Shown here: piece by piece, positions 25,445 to 36,154 of the stretch
Layout of the letters: every line of letters begins with the position of its first letter
How positions within the stretch are numbered: position 1 is the first letter of the stretch
Origin: Aplysia californica
Taxonomy: Eukaryota
Assembly (NCBI RefSeq): GCF_000002075.1
Contig: NW_004797549.1
Coordinates: 57,978-121,977 of the forward strand
Direction of reading: 5' to 3'
Length of the DNA stretch: 64,000 nucleotides
Position numbers and translations under genes: made by a program
Notes under the pieces: model-generated
What the model was told of the DNA's origin: nothing
Seen by the model: the letters and a program-made list of their open reading frames with translations, nothing else
Database searches by the model: none

Positions 25445-25651
25445 TCAAGAAAGTTTGAATACCCCGCTGTTCTTCATCCCTCTCATCTCCTCTTTCTTCT
25501 GCTTCCTCCTCTGCTGCTCCAGCTGTCTCTCCATCCTCTCCTTCTTCTTCTTCTCTTTGATGGCCTCCTCTGCCTGCCAGGTGAGATCCTCCAGGGCCTC
25601 CCCAGTGTCCCACGCGTTGGTCCCGTCCTCCCACTCGCCCAGCTCTGAGGT
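25445..25651 (-). CDS. EBAG9: EBAG9 last coding exon
   Basis: TSELGEWEDG..GVFKLS*. Confidence 0.9.
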   Translation of the reverse strand, partial: TSELGEWEDGTNAWDTGEALEDLTWQAEEAIKEKKKKERMERQLEQQRRKQKKEEMRGMKNSGVFKLS

Positions 25652-28600
25652 CTGGTGGAACAACAGGAGATAAAAAAATGTCATAGCCACATCATAGCAT
25701 TTAATCCTTGAGTTTGTTTGTTTGTTTTACTATGGTTTTACGGCGCTCGCAACTCCATAAGGTCATATGAGCGACGGCAAAGGGGTAGATGTCAACAGCG
25801 AAGTCCAAAAAGGGAATCAAGCTTACTCTGCTCACCTCTCTGGCCTCAACAGCACAAAGTCTGCTTTGACTGTCAAGGCACTCCGGAAATAGCAGTTCAA
25901 GAGAGTGACAAACATAAAAAAAGAAATAGAGGAAAAATTACAGTAATAAGGATGAGGAAAGAAAAATCAGCAGTTCCGCCTATGTTGTTCCTGCACAGTA
26001 TGAGCATGACATTGATGAATCAGCCCATTTACAATTCTACTGTGCATAAGAACATCTTAATATCCCCTTTGGGAATAGCCAAAAGACACTTCAGTCAGTA
26101 GCACTGCCATGGGGGGAATGAGTTTGTAAAAAATAAGAGAGGATAAGATAAGACAAGATAGGACAATATTGGATAAGATAAGGTAAGGTGAGATAAGATA
26201 AGACAAGATCAGATAAGATAAGATAAGACAAGATAAGGTAAGATAAGACACACACAAACAATAGTCAACCAGTATCATATCAAAAAGTATCTTTTCTTAA
26301 TTTCTAGTAGTCACACATGAGAATTCACAACAGCGTGTAGAAATAATTTTCATTCACGATTACAGCAAGTCTAGGGGTTCTTGCATAACATTTGTTACCT
26401 AACCGTCATAGGATTAGTTCCCAGTGCAACAACAAAGGACATTAAACCCAAAACCAGCGGGAAAATGCCGATTTCTCTAATTTCATTATTTTGACAAGTG
26501 CCTGATTTCACCACGCTCCCCCAACATATATGAGCAGAAGGTCAGAGATGTTACAAGAGAGTAATAAACACAAAAAGGATGGTAGTTATTTGATCAGAAA
26601 GAAGGAAAGAATATTAAGCCACACTAGAGCACCCGCAAAATACCTACATTGGAACTACAATAAGCTTTCAAGCAAAAGAGATATATAAAAACACTACAAA
26701 CCATCATTATAACTTTAATAGCAACAAATTTAGGCCAACACCCCAAACTGCGAGAACAAACCGTCACTTACAAGGGCAGGCACATCAGACATGACAGTCA
26801 TTCTGTTCATCAGTGACCCTGTTGTGCTCGGAGGAGGGGATTCCTTCTTGCGTATCAAAATCTGCAGAGAGAAAAAAAATTAAAAAATTAACAGTGCCTG
26901 AATCTGATTTGAAGTAAATGAATGTTAATGAGCTGTGAAGACAGTGTAACCAGCATCTCTAAAGGCTTTAAAAGGACATACTCCAGACTCTTTCATCTAC
27001 TTGATTACTTGATCATGGGAACAACATCATAGCGCTCCAGGCATGGCCATACGTGCTCCCCGCCCAATATCCACCTCAAGAGTCCATCTGCTGATCATTC
27101 CGGTGTTCATTCAGTACCATTCTGGTTCTGCCACTTCCTCTTTCATTTACTAAGTATTATGTCAACATTGTCCTGCACTTTATACTTCCATGAGCCATAC
27201 GAAAGGATGTTTAAAATATGATAATTCTCTTTTCATGTTTTGGAAAAACTAGTCAAATGGACAGCAATAATAAACAAAAAGAAAAGAAATAGGATCATTT
27301 TTCATGAAGTGCCATCATCATAAATCTTCTCAAAAAACATGTTGTAGTGTATTGCTTTTCAATCAAGTCACACTTCCAATATAATAAATAATAAATGACA
27401 TTTACATAGCGCTCAACCCCGAATAAAGTACACAGGCTCTGAGCAATATCATATAAAAGCAACAAAGAAAACAGTTTGGGCTGACTCGTAACGCTTAGAA
27501 ATGTTCTATGCCCCCACTGACAGGCACCAGAAGCGAGGGGAGGATGGGATGTTGTGTAGCACACTGCTATCAATAAGCTATACAGGAAGTTGAGGAAGAC
27601 TATAATAAAACCGGCCCCGTTGGATTATGCGATTGTGCGTTGCGGCGCGGCCGCGTTTTTTTTAAAGCGCAATTCTGCAACACTTGCATAATTTTGGATT
27701 CCCCGCGTTTTTTCACGTTTTTTTTCCAGTTTTTCACAAAACAATTAATTAACACCTCGCCATTTGACTTAAGGGAAGTAATCACCGTAATAAGTCTCAT
27801 TTAAGTGACAAGTTGATATTTCCCTTGTTAGAAGATCTTGGTTATGGGTTGGGATTTTGTTCCTGGGCATGTTCAATTTTTCAATCCATCAAAAGTTGTT
27901 GTTCTCATGTCTGCTTATGTTTCGTGTTTGACAGGTGTCCCTGGTTTTAGTAATGTGCCAGCATCAGAGGTCCAGAAGTCCTTTTTTTTTTTACATTTTT
28001 CTTTCCACTATAGAGAAATCTGCAGCTGAAAGTTACAGAGATCATATTTTTTTGGTTGTTTTTTTTTTCTTTCCAAATACACAACAAATTACTGATACTG
28101 ATATGTTCTGTTTTCAATTTTTCTGTACATCATGAAAATTCTTGTTGAAAAGAGCAAAACATGTCGTGAATGGTGATATGGTAACTTGCATAATTTTTTC
28201 ATAATTTTGCTTTTTTTTTTTTTTCATAATTCCGCCATCTAAATTTGAATAATTCTACGGGGACAGATAAAAAGGAGAAAGAAACATGGAAAACAAACTT
28301 GACATTTAACAGTGCAGCTAGCAAGAAATGGACAAAATGACAGAGGTGCCAGTGACAAAAAAATATCGAGAAGGACAATAAAGTCAAGCACTAGATGCAA
28401 CAGTTGACTTATTACTTTAGGCTGCTTTTTCACATCAGGCGTCATGTCTTGAAAGAAATTGGGCTCTGGTTCGGGCTCTGGTTGTGACATTTTCTGGTTG
28501 TAGTAGTAGTTCTGAATGCTGGAGCTGGGCACACCTGGCCGTGCCACCGCTCCATTGGCACCCTGACTTTGAGCAGGGCCAGGACCAGGGTAAAATCCTG

Positions 28601-30815
28601 CCTGTGGTGGCTCAGGGCCGCCACCTACAGGAGGTTCATTCCATGAGTCCCACGCCTCCATCTCAAGCTGACCGTGAAGGAAAGAAAAGATATACTCCAG
28701 TTATGAAATTTGTTTTAGTAACCATTTTATGGAACTTGCAACATGATTATAGGTGTTACAAGAAAAAAATTTTTTTTTTAAAAAGAAGAAGGCCAGATAA
28801 GGACGATAGATGTTTGACAGGAAAGAGAAAGCAAACCGCACGAGAACACCCACCATCCAACCATTAATTATGAAAAGCCATTTTGATAATTAGTCCATCT
28901 TTTTCATTGTACTCTTATGATTATAATGTGATATGCATATTCGTCGTTGATTGTTCTCTGATAGTATGAATAGCTGCTTATGTGTTCGTGGTAATCTATT
29001 TAAGAGCATTCATATAATGCATGTTCATTCACTTGTATTTTATGTTACTTTGAAGGTCACCTATAGCGGCATTGTATGGAGTGGGCACTTCAGAAATTAT
29101 CTGCTTTACTATTACTATTAATGTGTTTGTAGGGAAAAAAAAAGAGAAATGAACAAAGAAAAATGAAAGGTAGAAAGGAAAAAAGCATCAATTTAAGTGA
29201 ATTTTAATCCAGAGGCACTGCTTAGTTTTCTTTAGTAAGAGTTTTACCACACTTGAAACACAACATGGACATATAAGTGCCGAAGACTAGAAGTGTACAG
29301 TAACAAGAGAGTAACAAACACAAAAACAAAGGGGGAGAGATAAGGATGATAGATGTTTGATAACTCAACTAAACATAAAAAGTACACCATGTCGAAGAGT
29401 CTAAGTTGCCTCTGTCATAGTCCAACAAAAAAAAATATTTAAGAGTTGAGAGATTTCAAAAAGAGCTAATGATTTTTCAAGTAGGAATACACTTCTGAAA
29501 AAGTGTTAGCATTCAAAATCATTAGATATAGCACTACGAAAACATAGGTATTCCACTTGAACGTAAAAACAAGATGACACCAAACACAAAATATAAATAG
29601 ATAGTATGGCAAGGAAGATTACATACTTTTTAAAAATAAGTTTTTGTGTGGAAAAAAAATCACATGCACTTGTGGGAAGGCAGCAGAGAGTAGACAGAGG
29701 ATGGGTGACTGATGAGCAAAATGTCAGAAATTAGCACAACCCAATTTCATTGACTAAGGATTATACTGAGCCTTCTTTAATGGGGATAAATTGTGAGGCA
29801 TCGTGGTGGAATCAGGCTCTCGTCAATATTTGGGCATGTAGAATTATTGGTATCATCTTGTAGCTTGTTCACTTGTCTTTATTTGGATGAAAAAAATATC
29901 CATTTATCTTGAATACAAGTGGAGATAGTTGCGAATGAAGGAGGTGGAGTTGCCTGTTTTCACAGGTACAATTAGTGAGAAAATGGCCGCCAAAGATTAG
30001 TTATTTCCTTAGCTTACAAGTTGGTGGTAACAGAAAATTTACATTTTTTGTACTTTTAATCAACGTTTTTCAGAAAAATCCACACAGAAACTAGTTCTTT
30101 AATGGGCATGAAAGGTGTTGAGCCAAAAAACAAAAATTTGATAAAAATTCACAAACCTGTGAAAAATGCAAGTTTCTGCACTTTGATAATTTTGACGAGA
30201 GCCTGATTCCACCACACTGGCTCACAATTTATTCTTTAAAAAAACAAACGAGGCCTGAAAGTATGTGAAGAAGGGACTTACATTTCAACCTAAACGAGAT
30301 GTGATACAGCGGGACAGAGTTTGGGACTTCAGTGCTTTCATGCCATATCTCCATTTTTCATAACAGTGAAAACAGTTCATAACAAAGAGTGAGCTTAAGG
30401 AAAAGTCACATTTTCACAGTTTAAAAAATGGAAATACCACAGGAAAGCACTGAGGTCGCGAGTAGGAGATCATAGACCAGGACAAAAGTGCATGAAGAGC
30501 TCTTGTAGGTGGCCTGTACTCTGGTATGGGGTGAGAAAGGCTGATGATGATGTTGAAGATAATGACAACGATGATAATGAATGAATACATTATAATCTAT
30601 ACTTTCAGTTTACTTACCTCCTCCTCTTCTGCATTCACTTGTCCATAAGAGGACGGTGTGTCAATCCTCAAGTCACCAGTCCCAATGGACGTCAGTTCCG
30701 ATCCATCAGATTCAGATGACCTCCGACGCCGACATACCAATCGGCGAAAAGGTCGGAATACAGAACAAAGAAGACTGTACACCGACTTGAAGACATTCCA
30801 CACAACTTGTAACAT
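25445..30815 (-). CDS. EBAG9: Receptor-binding cancer antigen RCAS1 / estrogen receptor-binding fragment-associated gene 9 homolog, 248 aa; exons 30815-30618, 28667-28416, 26861-26772, 25651-25445
   Basis: All phase-0 GT-AG joins; family motifs FRRLVCRRRR, WDSW, EPNFFQDMTP..KQPKILIRKK, ELGEWED..NAWD, C-terminal coiled coil ending KLS*. Confidence 0.93.
26130..26248. repeat. (AGATA)n-like microsatellite
   Basis: Visible pentanucleotide run. Confidence 0.85.
26772..26861 (-). CDS. EBAG9: EBAG9 exon
   Basis: ILIRKKESPPPSTTGSLMNRMTVMSDVPAL; tgcag| acceptor, |gtaagt donor. Confidence 0.88.
28416..28667 (-). CDS. EBAG9: EBAG9 exon
   Basis: LEMEAWDSW..DMTPDVKKQPK; cag| acceptor, |gtaat donor. Confidence 0.9.
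29791..30227. mobile_element. MITE with ~36-bp TIRs (same family as 6041-6480)
   Basis: ttgtgaggcatcgtggtggaatcaggctctcgtcaa ... ttgacgagagcctgattccaccacactggctcacaa. Confidence 0.85.
30618..30815 (-). CDS. EBAG9: EBAG9 first coding exon
   Basis: Exon begins at 30841 after the AG acceptor, ATG 30815, donor GAG|gtaagt. Confidence 0.88.
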
Positions 30816-31838
30816 GACTGCTAATAGCTTTCTTTTTGCTCCTGTCAAAGGGAAAGTATAAAAAAAGATTTTTTTAAAAAAATTTCTATCAAATAATAGA
30901 TGGGACAATGGATTTATGGGCAACATTCAACCCCATGACTGTGCTAAAAACCTATAAACTTATCTCATGTCTCCATAATGAATCCACCATCCAGTAAATT
31001 ATCCCTCAGTGACAAAAATTTCTGTTTTGTTTCATCACTATTCCAGCTTTGAGAAACTTTTGAATAACGAGAGTGACATCCTTTGGAAGCTTTGAGCTCA
31101 TATTATATTATTATATGATATGATATGATATGATATGATATGATATATTATATTAAATATATTGTATCATATTATAAATAGACTATTGGACAATATATTT
31201 CTGGACTCAATAACTGATAAAACAAAGCAACCCAGAGCCGAGGCATTGAATGGGAAAGCTTGCTCAGTCCCAATACTTTGTTGTTCACATCCTTTATGGG
31301 TATAAATTCTACCCGATCTTGTCAATGGATATTTAAGCCATCTCTGCAATTCCTTTTCTATTGATGCTGCCTGGCACAGATAACATGAACACTCACACTC
31401 AAAATCATGGATAGCTCGTACAATATGTATGCTATTCCCCAACTAAACAAATATATACTTTTTAGCATTGGAAACTGTTTTCCTCAAACACCAATGGACA
31501 TGTCAAACAGCGGATCTAAAAAAAAAAATTGATCAAATTAATATTTCCTCCCAATTGTCTTGAATTCAAATCGGCCTGTGTGTATGGAAAATAACACACC
31601 CATCATCATCAAGAATATCATGCTAAATGAGCCGGCGAAGCTTGTACCTGCACAACATGATACACACACAGCTGGTATTGAGATGCATCATCGATCATTA
31701 CCTGTAGTGTACAAAAGGCCCAAGAACTTCGTTGAAACTAGTTATATTACGTGAAGCTGAGTGCTGGGTAGAAGGGTGTGATTAAAAGATGGGTAGTGTG
31801 GCACTCCATTTGGGCTGTATGGTGTGTACATTACGTTT

Positions 31839-33663
31839 CTTGTTCTTGTTCTTGTTTCAGGAAGCAACATCCCTGCACTCCGGACATGTCCATTGATGCT
31901 CCGTTGCTCTCTCCAAAATGTTGCCGAGGGTCCTTCTACTGATTGTGCCAGTGCACATCTGGTTGAACGTTCTTCTGTTCTTTCCTGCAAGGATGCCAGA
32001 TTTTCCGCCTCCTTTTTTTTATTCCCAAAAGCATCATCCTCTCCACGGCAGTACTGGCCTCTGCCTCCCTATCTTCCTCCTCAATCAGTTGGCGAGAAAG
32101 ACATTTCAGGATCTCGACCCTATCTAGTTGAACCGTATTGTCAACTAAGGTGGCCACACCAGCCAATCTGTCGGCTTTTTCATTTCCCCTAACACCGGCA
32201 TGGCCAGGGCAGAAAATCCATGTGAGCGATCGTATAGGCGTTGGTTCGATAGCTTGAATCCATTCCGTTCTCAGGAAACCTTTTTCGATCCTTCTGAGGG
32301 TACACATGGATTCAGTGATAAGAACAGCATGGGTTGTGTGGGGGCGATCTTGGGTCATCCAATCAAGTGCTTTCGTGATGGCTTCAATTTCCATTCGCAT
32401 ACTTGATGTAGTCCTGCTGCAGGCTCCAGATGCACTGTGTATGATTTTTTTGTTGGCGAATGCAACAAATCCCCATCCACTTCTCTGGCTATCTCTTTTC
32501 ACTGAACCATCTGTATAAATTATAGGATCCCCTGCTTTTGAGTTTGTGTCAACAATCTCGTTGATATTGCTCTCGTTGATGGCAGCCGCAACATTTCTTC
32601 TGTCTCTGCCCATGCTTATTTTGACCTTGGTGAGGTCCCTGTATTCTCCGGCCACCTGCTCCCATTCTTCGCCTGGTGGTAGACTCTCAGGTACACAGAT
32701 TATTCTCAGGGAATCCTCTGCTTCCGCCATCCAAGATTTTCCTCTCTTGATTCTGACTCTCCTGTTGTCATGAAGTGCTTTGTGAAGTGGATGATCCTTC
32801 TTGCCCTTTACATTGAGATACATCTTTGCCTGAGCTATCCTATGGCGTACTCTGATGCCACTTAAACCTAGCAAGTAGCGCATGCACAATATTGGAGTGT
32901 CCTTGGTGCAGCCCAGCACTGCTCTCATTGCCTCATTCTGCACTCTATCCAGCTTTGCGATCTGTGTGTCGGACAGCGTGAGACAGCCCAATCCGTAATC
33001 AATGACAGACAGGATGACCAGCTGCAACATCAGGAAGAGCACTGTTTGCGGAATCAGAGCTGCTGCCATGATCTTGATTGCACCAACACCTCGTTTGGCC
33101 TTTGTTACCACATGATTCACATGCTTGTTGAAGGATAACGACCTGTCGAAGACGATTCCCAGATACTTCAGCTCTGACTGTCTGTCGATAATCTCATAGT
33201 AGCAAGTGATTGGTGGAGTTATGTCTTGGACAATCCTGTTGTTGAGGGAACACCAAAGTACCTGCGCCTTTGAAGGATTGATGACTGCTTCATTTTGGTC
33301 GCACCATTTTACAACTGAGTGAAGTCTTTTCTCCATGTTCCTTGCCATCTGAAGTCTGTCATCTCCGTGCTCGTATGCCATTATGTCATCTGCAAAGCTC
33401 AGGACACGTCCAGATTCTTTCTGATGCATCGTTACTTGTGCAGTGTACACATTGAAAAGCACAGGAGAGAGGGGAGATCCTTGGGGCAGTCCTGGAGCAA
33501 TTGGTACCGGATCTGAAGTCCATTCACCCTGTCTCAGGGCCATTTTTCTCTCCACCAGGGCTACTGCTACCCATCTCACCAGCCCTCAGCAACGATTCTG
33601 GAGAAAGCGTCGCCAAAGGAGCACGTTCTCCGTCGCTCCTGCGCCGTTTCCCTTTTAGATTTT
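31839..33663 (-). mobile_element. Young truncated RT-RNase H non-LTR retrotransposon in EBAG9 intron 1
   Basis: 547-aa ORF with PQGSPLSP, SFADD, YLG, IYTDGS, HAGVRGNEKAD; (AACAAG)3 tail; perfect 12-bp TSD tacattacgttt at 31827-31838 and 33664-33675. Confidence 0.95.
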
Positions 33664-33759
33664 TACATTACGTTTGTGGGTGTGCTAGTGTCTGTACAGT
33701 CAAACCAGCCTTAAAAACGGAAACCTGTGCTAGATGGATACCTGCCTTAACAGAATTTC

Positions 33760-34765
33760 CCCACTCCCCCCTTGATAAATTCCGGGGTGAGAATAGAAAT
33801 ACGATCTACCTCTCACCCCGGGTGAGACTTGCCAGCGTAGGCTATTCTCACCCGGTGTGAAACAAGACCTGTTTTTCCTCATTTTGGAATACTGTCTGTC
33901 GGTGTGGATGATCAAATTGATAAAAGCCAAGAAAAAATTACGTTATAGCACAAAAGTAAGCTAATTTGATCGTCTCCAAAGATGCTACGGCTATTTCACT
34001 TTTCGAATCGAGCCGAACTACGCGGGTCGCCATTTTGTATTGCCCGGAAGTTCTCGCAAGATCTACTCCTCCCCTCTCTCTCTCTCTTTGTCTCTTTCTG
34101 AATACTGTCTATCGGTGTGGACGATCAAATTGACCAAAACAAAGTTTTAAAAAAGATTTTAAACAAGAAAACTAAATTAATTTGGTAGTCTACAGAGATG
34201 CTACGGCTATTTAACTTTCCGAATCGAGCCGAACTACGCGGGTCGCCATTTTGTTTTGCCCGGAAGTTCTCGCGCTACTCCTCTCTCTCTTTCTCTCTCC
34301 ACTGCCTACAGACAAAATTGCACGCTTTTAGGCTAACATTAACAGTAGATCTAGATATATATCTAGATTCTAGATCTAGTAGGCCTAAATAGATCTAGAA
34401 CGTTTGTTCACATCACAGAATTCTATAATTCTGTTATCACAGTGTAGAATTCTGTGGTTCAGGGTGAACGCTTCACTGGTTGGCCTAGGCTATAACGGTG
34501 AACGCCCACCGGGTGAGAATAGCCAAAAGACTCGCCTGCGCTATTCTCACCCAGGGTGAGAATAGAGGTGGCCTATATCTAAATCTAGAACGTTTGTTCA
34601 CAGCACAGAATTCTATAGTTCTGTTATCAGAGTGTAGAATTCTGTGGTTCAGGGTGAACGCTTCAGTGGTTGGCCTAGGCTATAACGGTGAACACCCACC
34701 GGGTGAGAATAGCCAAAAGACTCGCCTGCGCTATTCTCACCCGAGGGGTGAGAATAGAGGTGGCC
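33760..34765. repeat. Composite repeat, probably a non-autonomous TE, with two internal duplications (~210 bp and ~190 bp) and gggtgagaatag/ctattctcaccc inverted motifs
   Basis: ~33888-34080 resembles ~34100-34290; ~34393-34575 resembles ~34583-34765. Confidence 0.7.
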
Positions 34766-35755
34766 GTGTGTGTAAAATGTCTAAGAAGTAATGGAGTTAG
34801 GCCAGGACCACTTCTCCCGAAGAGTGCCTAGACCAGTAGACCTAGATCTAGAATCTAGATCTAGACTGCTTGAAGATGAAAATAAAGAATAATTTAACAA
34901 TTATGAATCAATTTGACAGATTGATGAGATGAGATTGTCAGTGTCAGAACATGAATTCAGCGTCAGTCAGAATGATCCAAGCCCAAGCACGCACTGTTTA
35001 CAACTTAAAATTTAACCCTTACGACCCGAGGCCCTAGTATTCACCTTCAGTTGTTTATACTGTACAATATGCAGTTTATAAAACTTCTGTCATCATGTTT
35101 CATATAGATCTAGATCTATATGCCACTCAGAAGTTATAATCGCAGGATGTGACAGCGGACCAGTGTCGGTCTCGTCTACTTATTCGTGTGGAAAATGGAA
35201 GTACAGAAGTAAACATTATCGATATTTATTCGAAGAGTTTATCGAGTATTTTTGACTGCTTATTCTTTACAAGTTCACAATCTTTGGTTTCAGCAATGCA
35301 ATTATTACAAAAGAAATAATACTTTTTTTTATTATCGCGAGACCAGGCTTGTAGCCAACTTTGAAGAAAACATGAAATGTGTATTAATTTCCCACAATTT
35401 AATGATCCCATTATGTTCTGAGAGTAACAACATGAAAAGTCAGAGAAGCGCAGGGAAAAACAACCCATAGACATAGTTTAGTGACGATGGCGAATTATAA
35501 GTACTTGTACATGTATAGGGATAGAAAATGCCCAAAAGTAACGGGGAAGGGGGGGGGGGGAATCAAGTGTATAGACCTATAGACGTAATTACCAACGATA
35601 GATCGGTATGCTATTTGAAAAGCATGGTAAAAAAATAATACCGTTTCCTTTCTTTTTTCTGTGACACTGGGGGGGGGTTGAAGGGATGTACAACTCCTTT
35701 CAGACCATTTGTGTCTCTGTCATAACACGATCTGCTTCTGGTCTGTTGAACTTAC

Positions 35756-35900
35756 GTTTCCAATTTTTTTTTCTTTTTTCCAAAAGTGGGGAAAGCGCCG
35801 CCGGCTGAAGTAAAATGATCAAAACAGATCTACGCATATTACATGTTAACCACAGGATTGAAGAATCGTATAGAAAAAGAAAATAACTACTTTTTACCTC
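35756..35900 (-). other. EBAG9: Probable non-coding first exon of EBAG9 (5' boundary unknown)
   Basis: Strong minus-strand donor GTAAGT at 35755-35750 next to the promoter motif cluster; the first coding exon is preceded by an acceptor, so an upstream exon is expected. Confidence 0.45.
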
Positions 35901-35989
35901 GCACTTATTCTAGGATAGAACAATTTTGGAGGTCTATCAGTAAAACATAAATTATTAGATCTACATGTATATTAACATAAAACAGCAAT

Positions 35990-36120
35990 TTATAGGACCA
36001 TAATTAATCGGTACTATAACAGTAAAAGTGTAACTTCCGGAAATCAAAGACCTAGTTTACTGGTTGCTGGGCGACCGGAAGACGTAAGAAAAAGATGGCA
36101 GGTTAGTTCGTCGAGGAAAC
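35990..36120. promoter_or_regulatory. Putative bidirectional promoter EBAG9/LKAAEAR1
   Basis: Palindromic ETS acttccggaaat 36033-36044, RFX X-box-like gttgctgggcgac 36063-36075, ETS ccggaag 36075-36081, YY1-like aagatggc 36092-36099. Confidence 0.6.
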
Positions 36121-36145
36121 AACAATCACTGCCAGTTTCTTTAAA

Positions 36146-36154
36146 ATGAGCAAT
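36146..36154 (+). CDS. LKAAEAR1: LKAAEAR1 start exon (MSN)
   Basis: aaaATGAGCAAT|gtgagt, phase 0 matches the next exon. Confidence 0.65.

Noticed and set aside
29709-29735. Hammerhead-like CTGATGA..GAAA
   Set aside because: Stem II and flanking stems do not pair properly.
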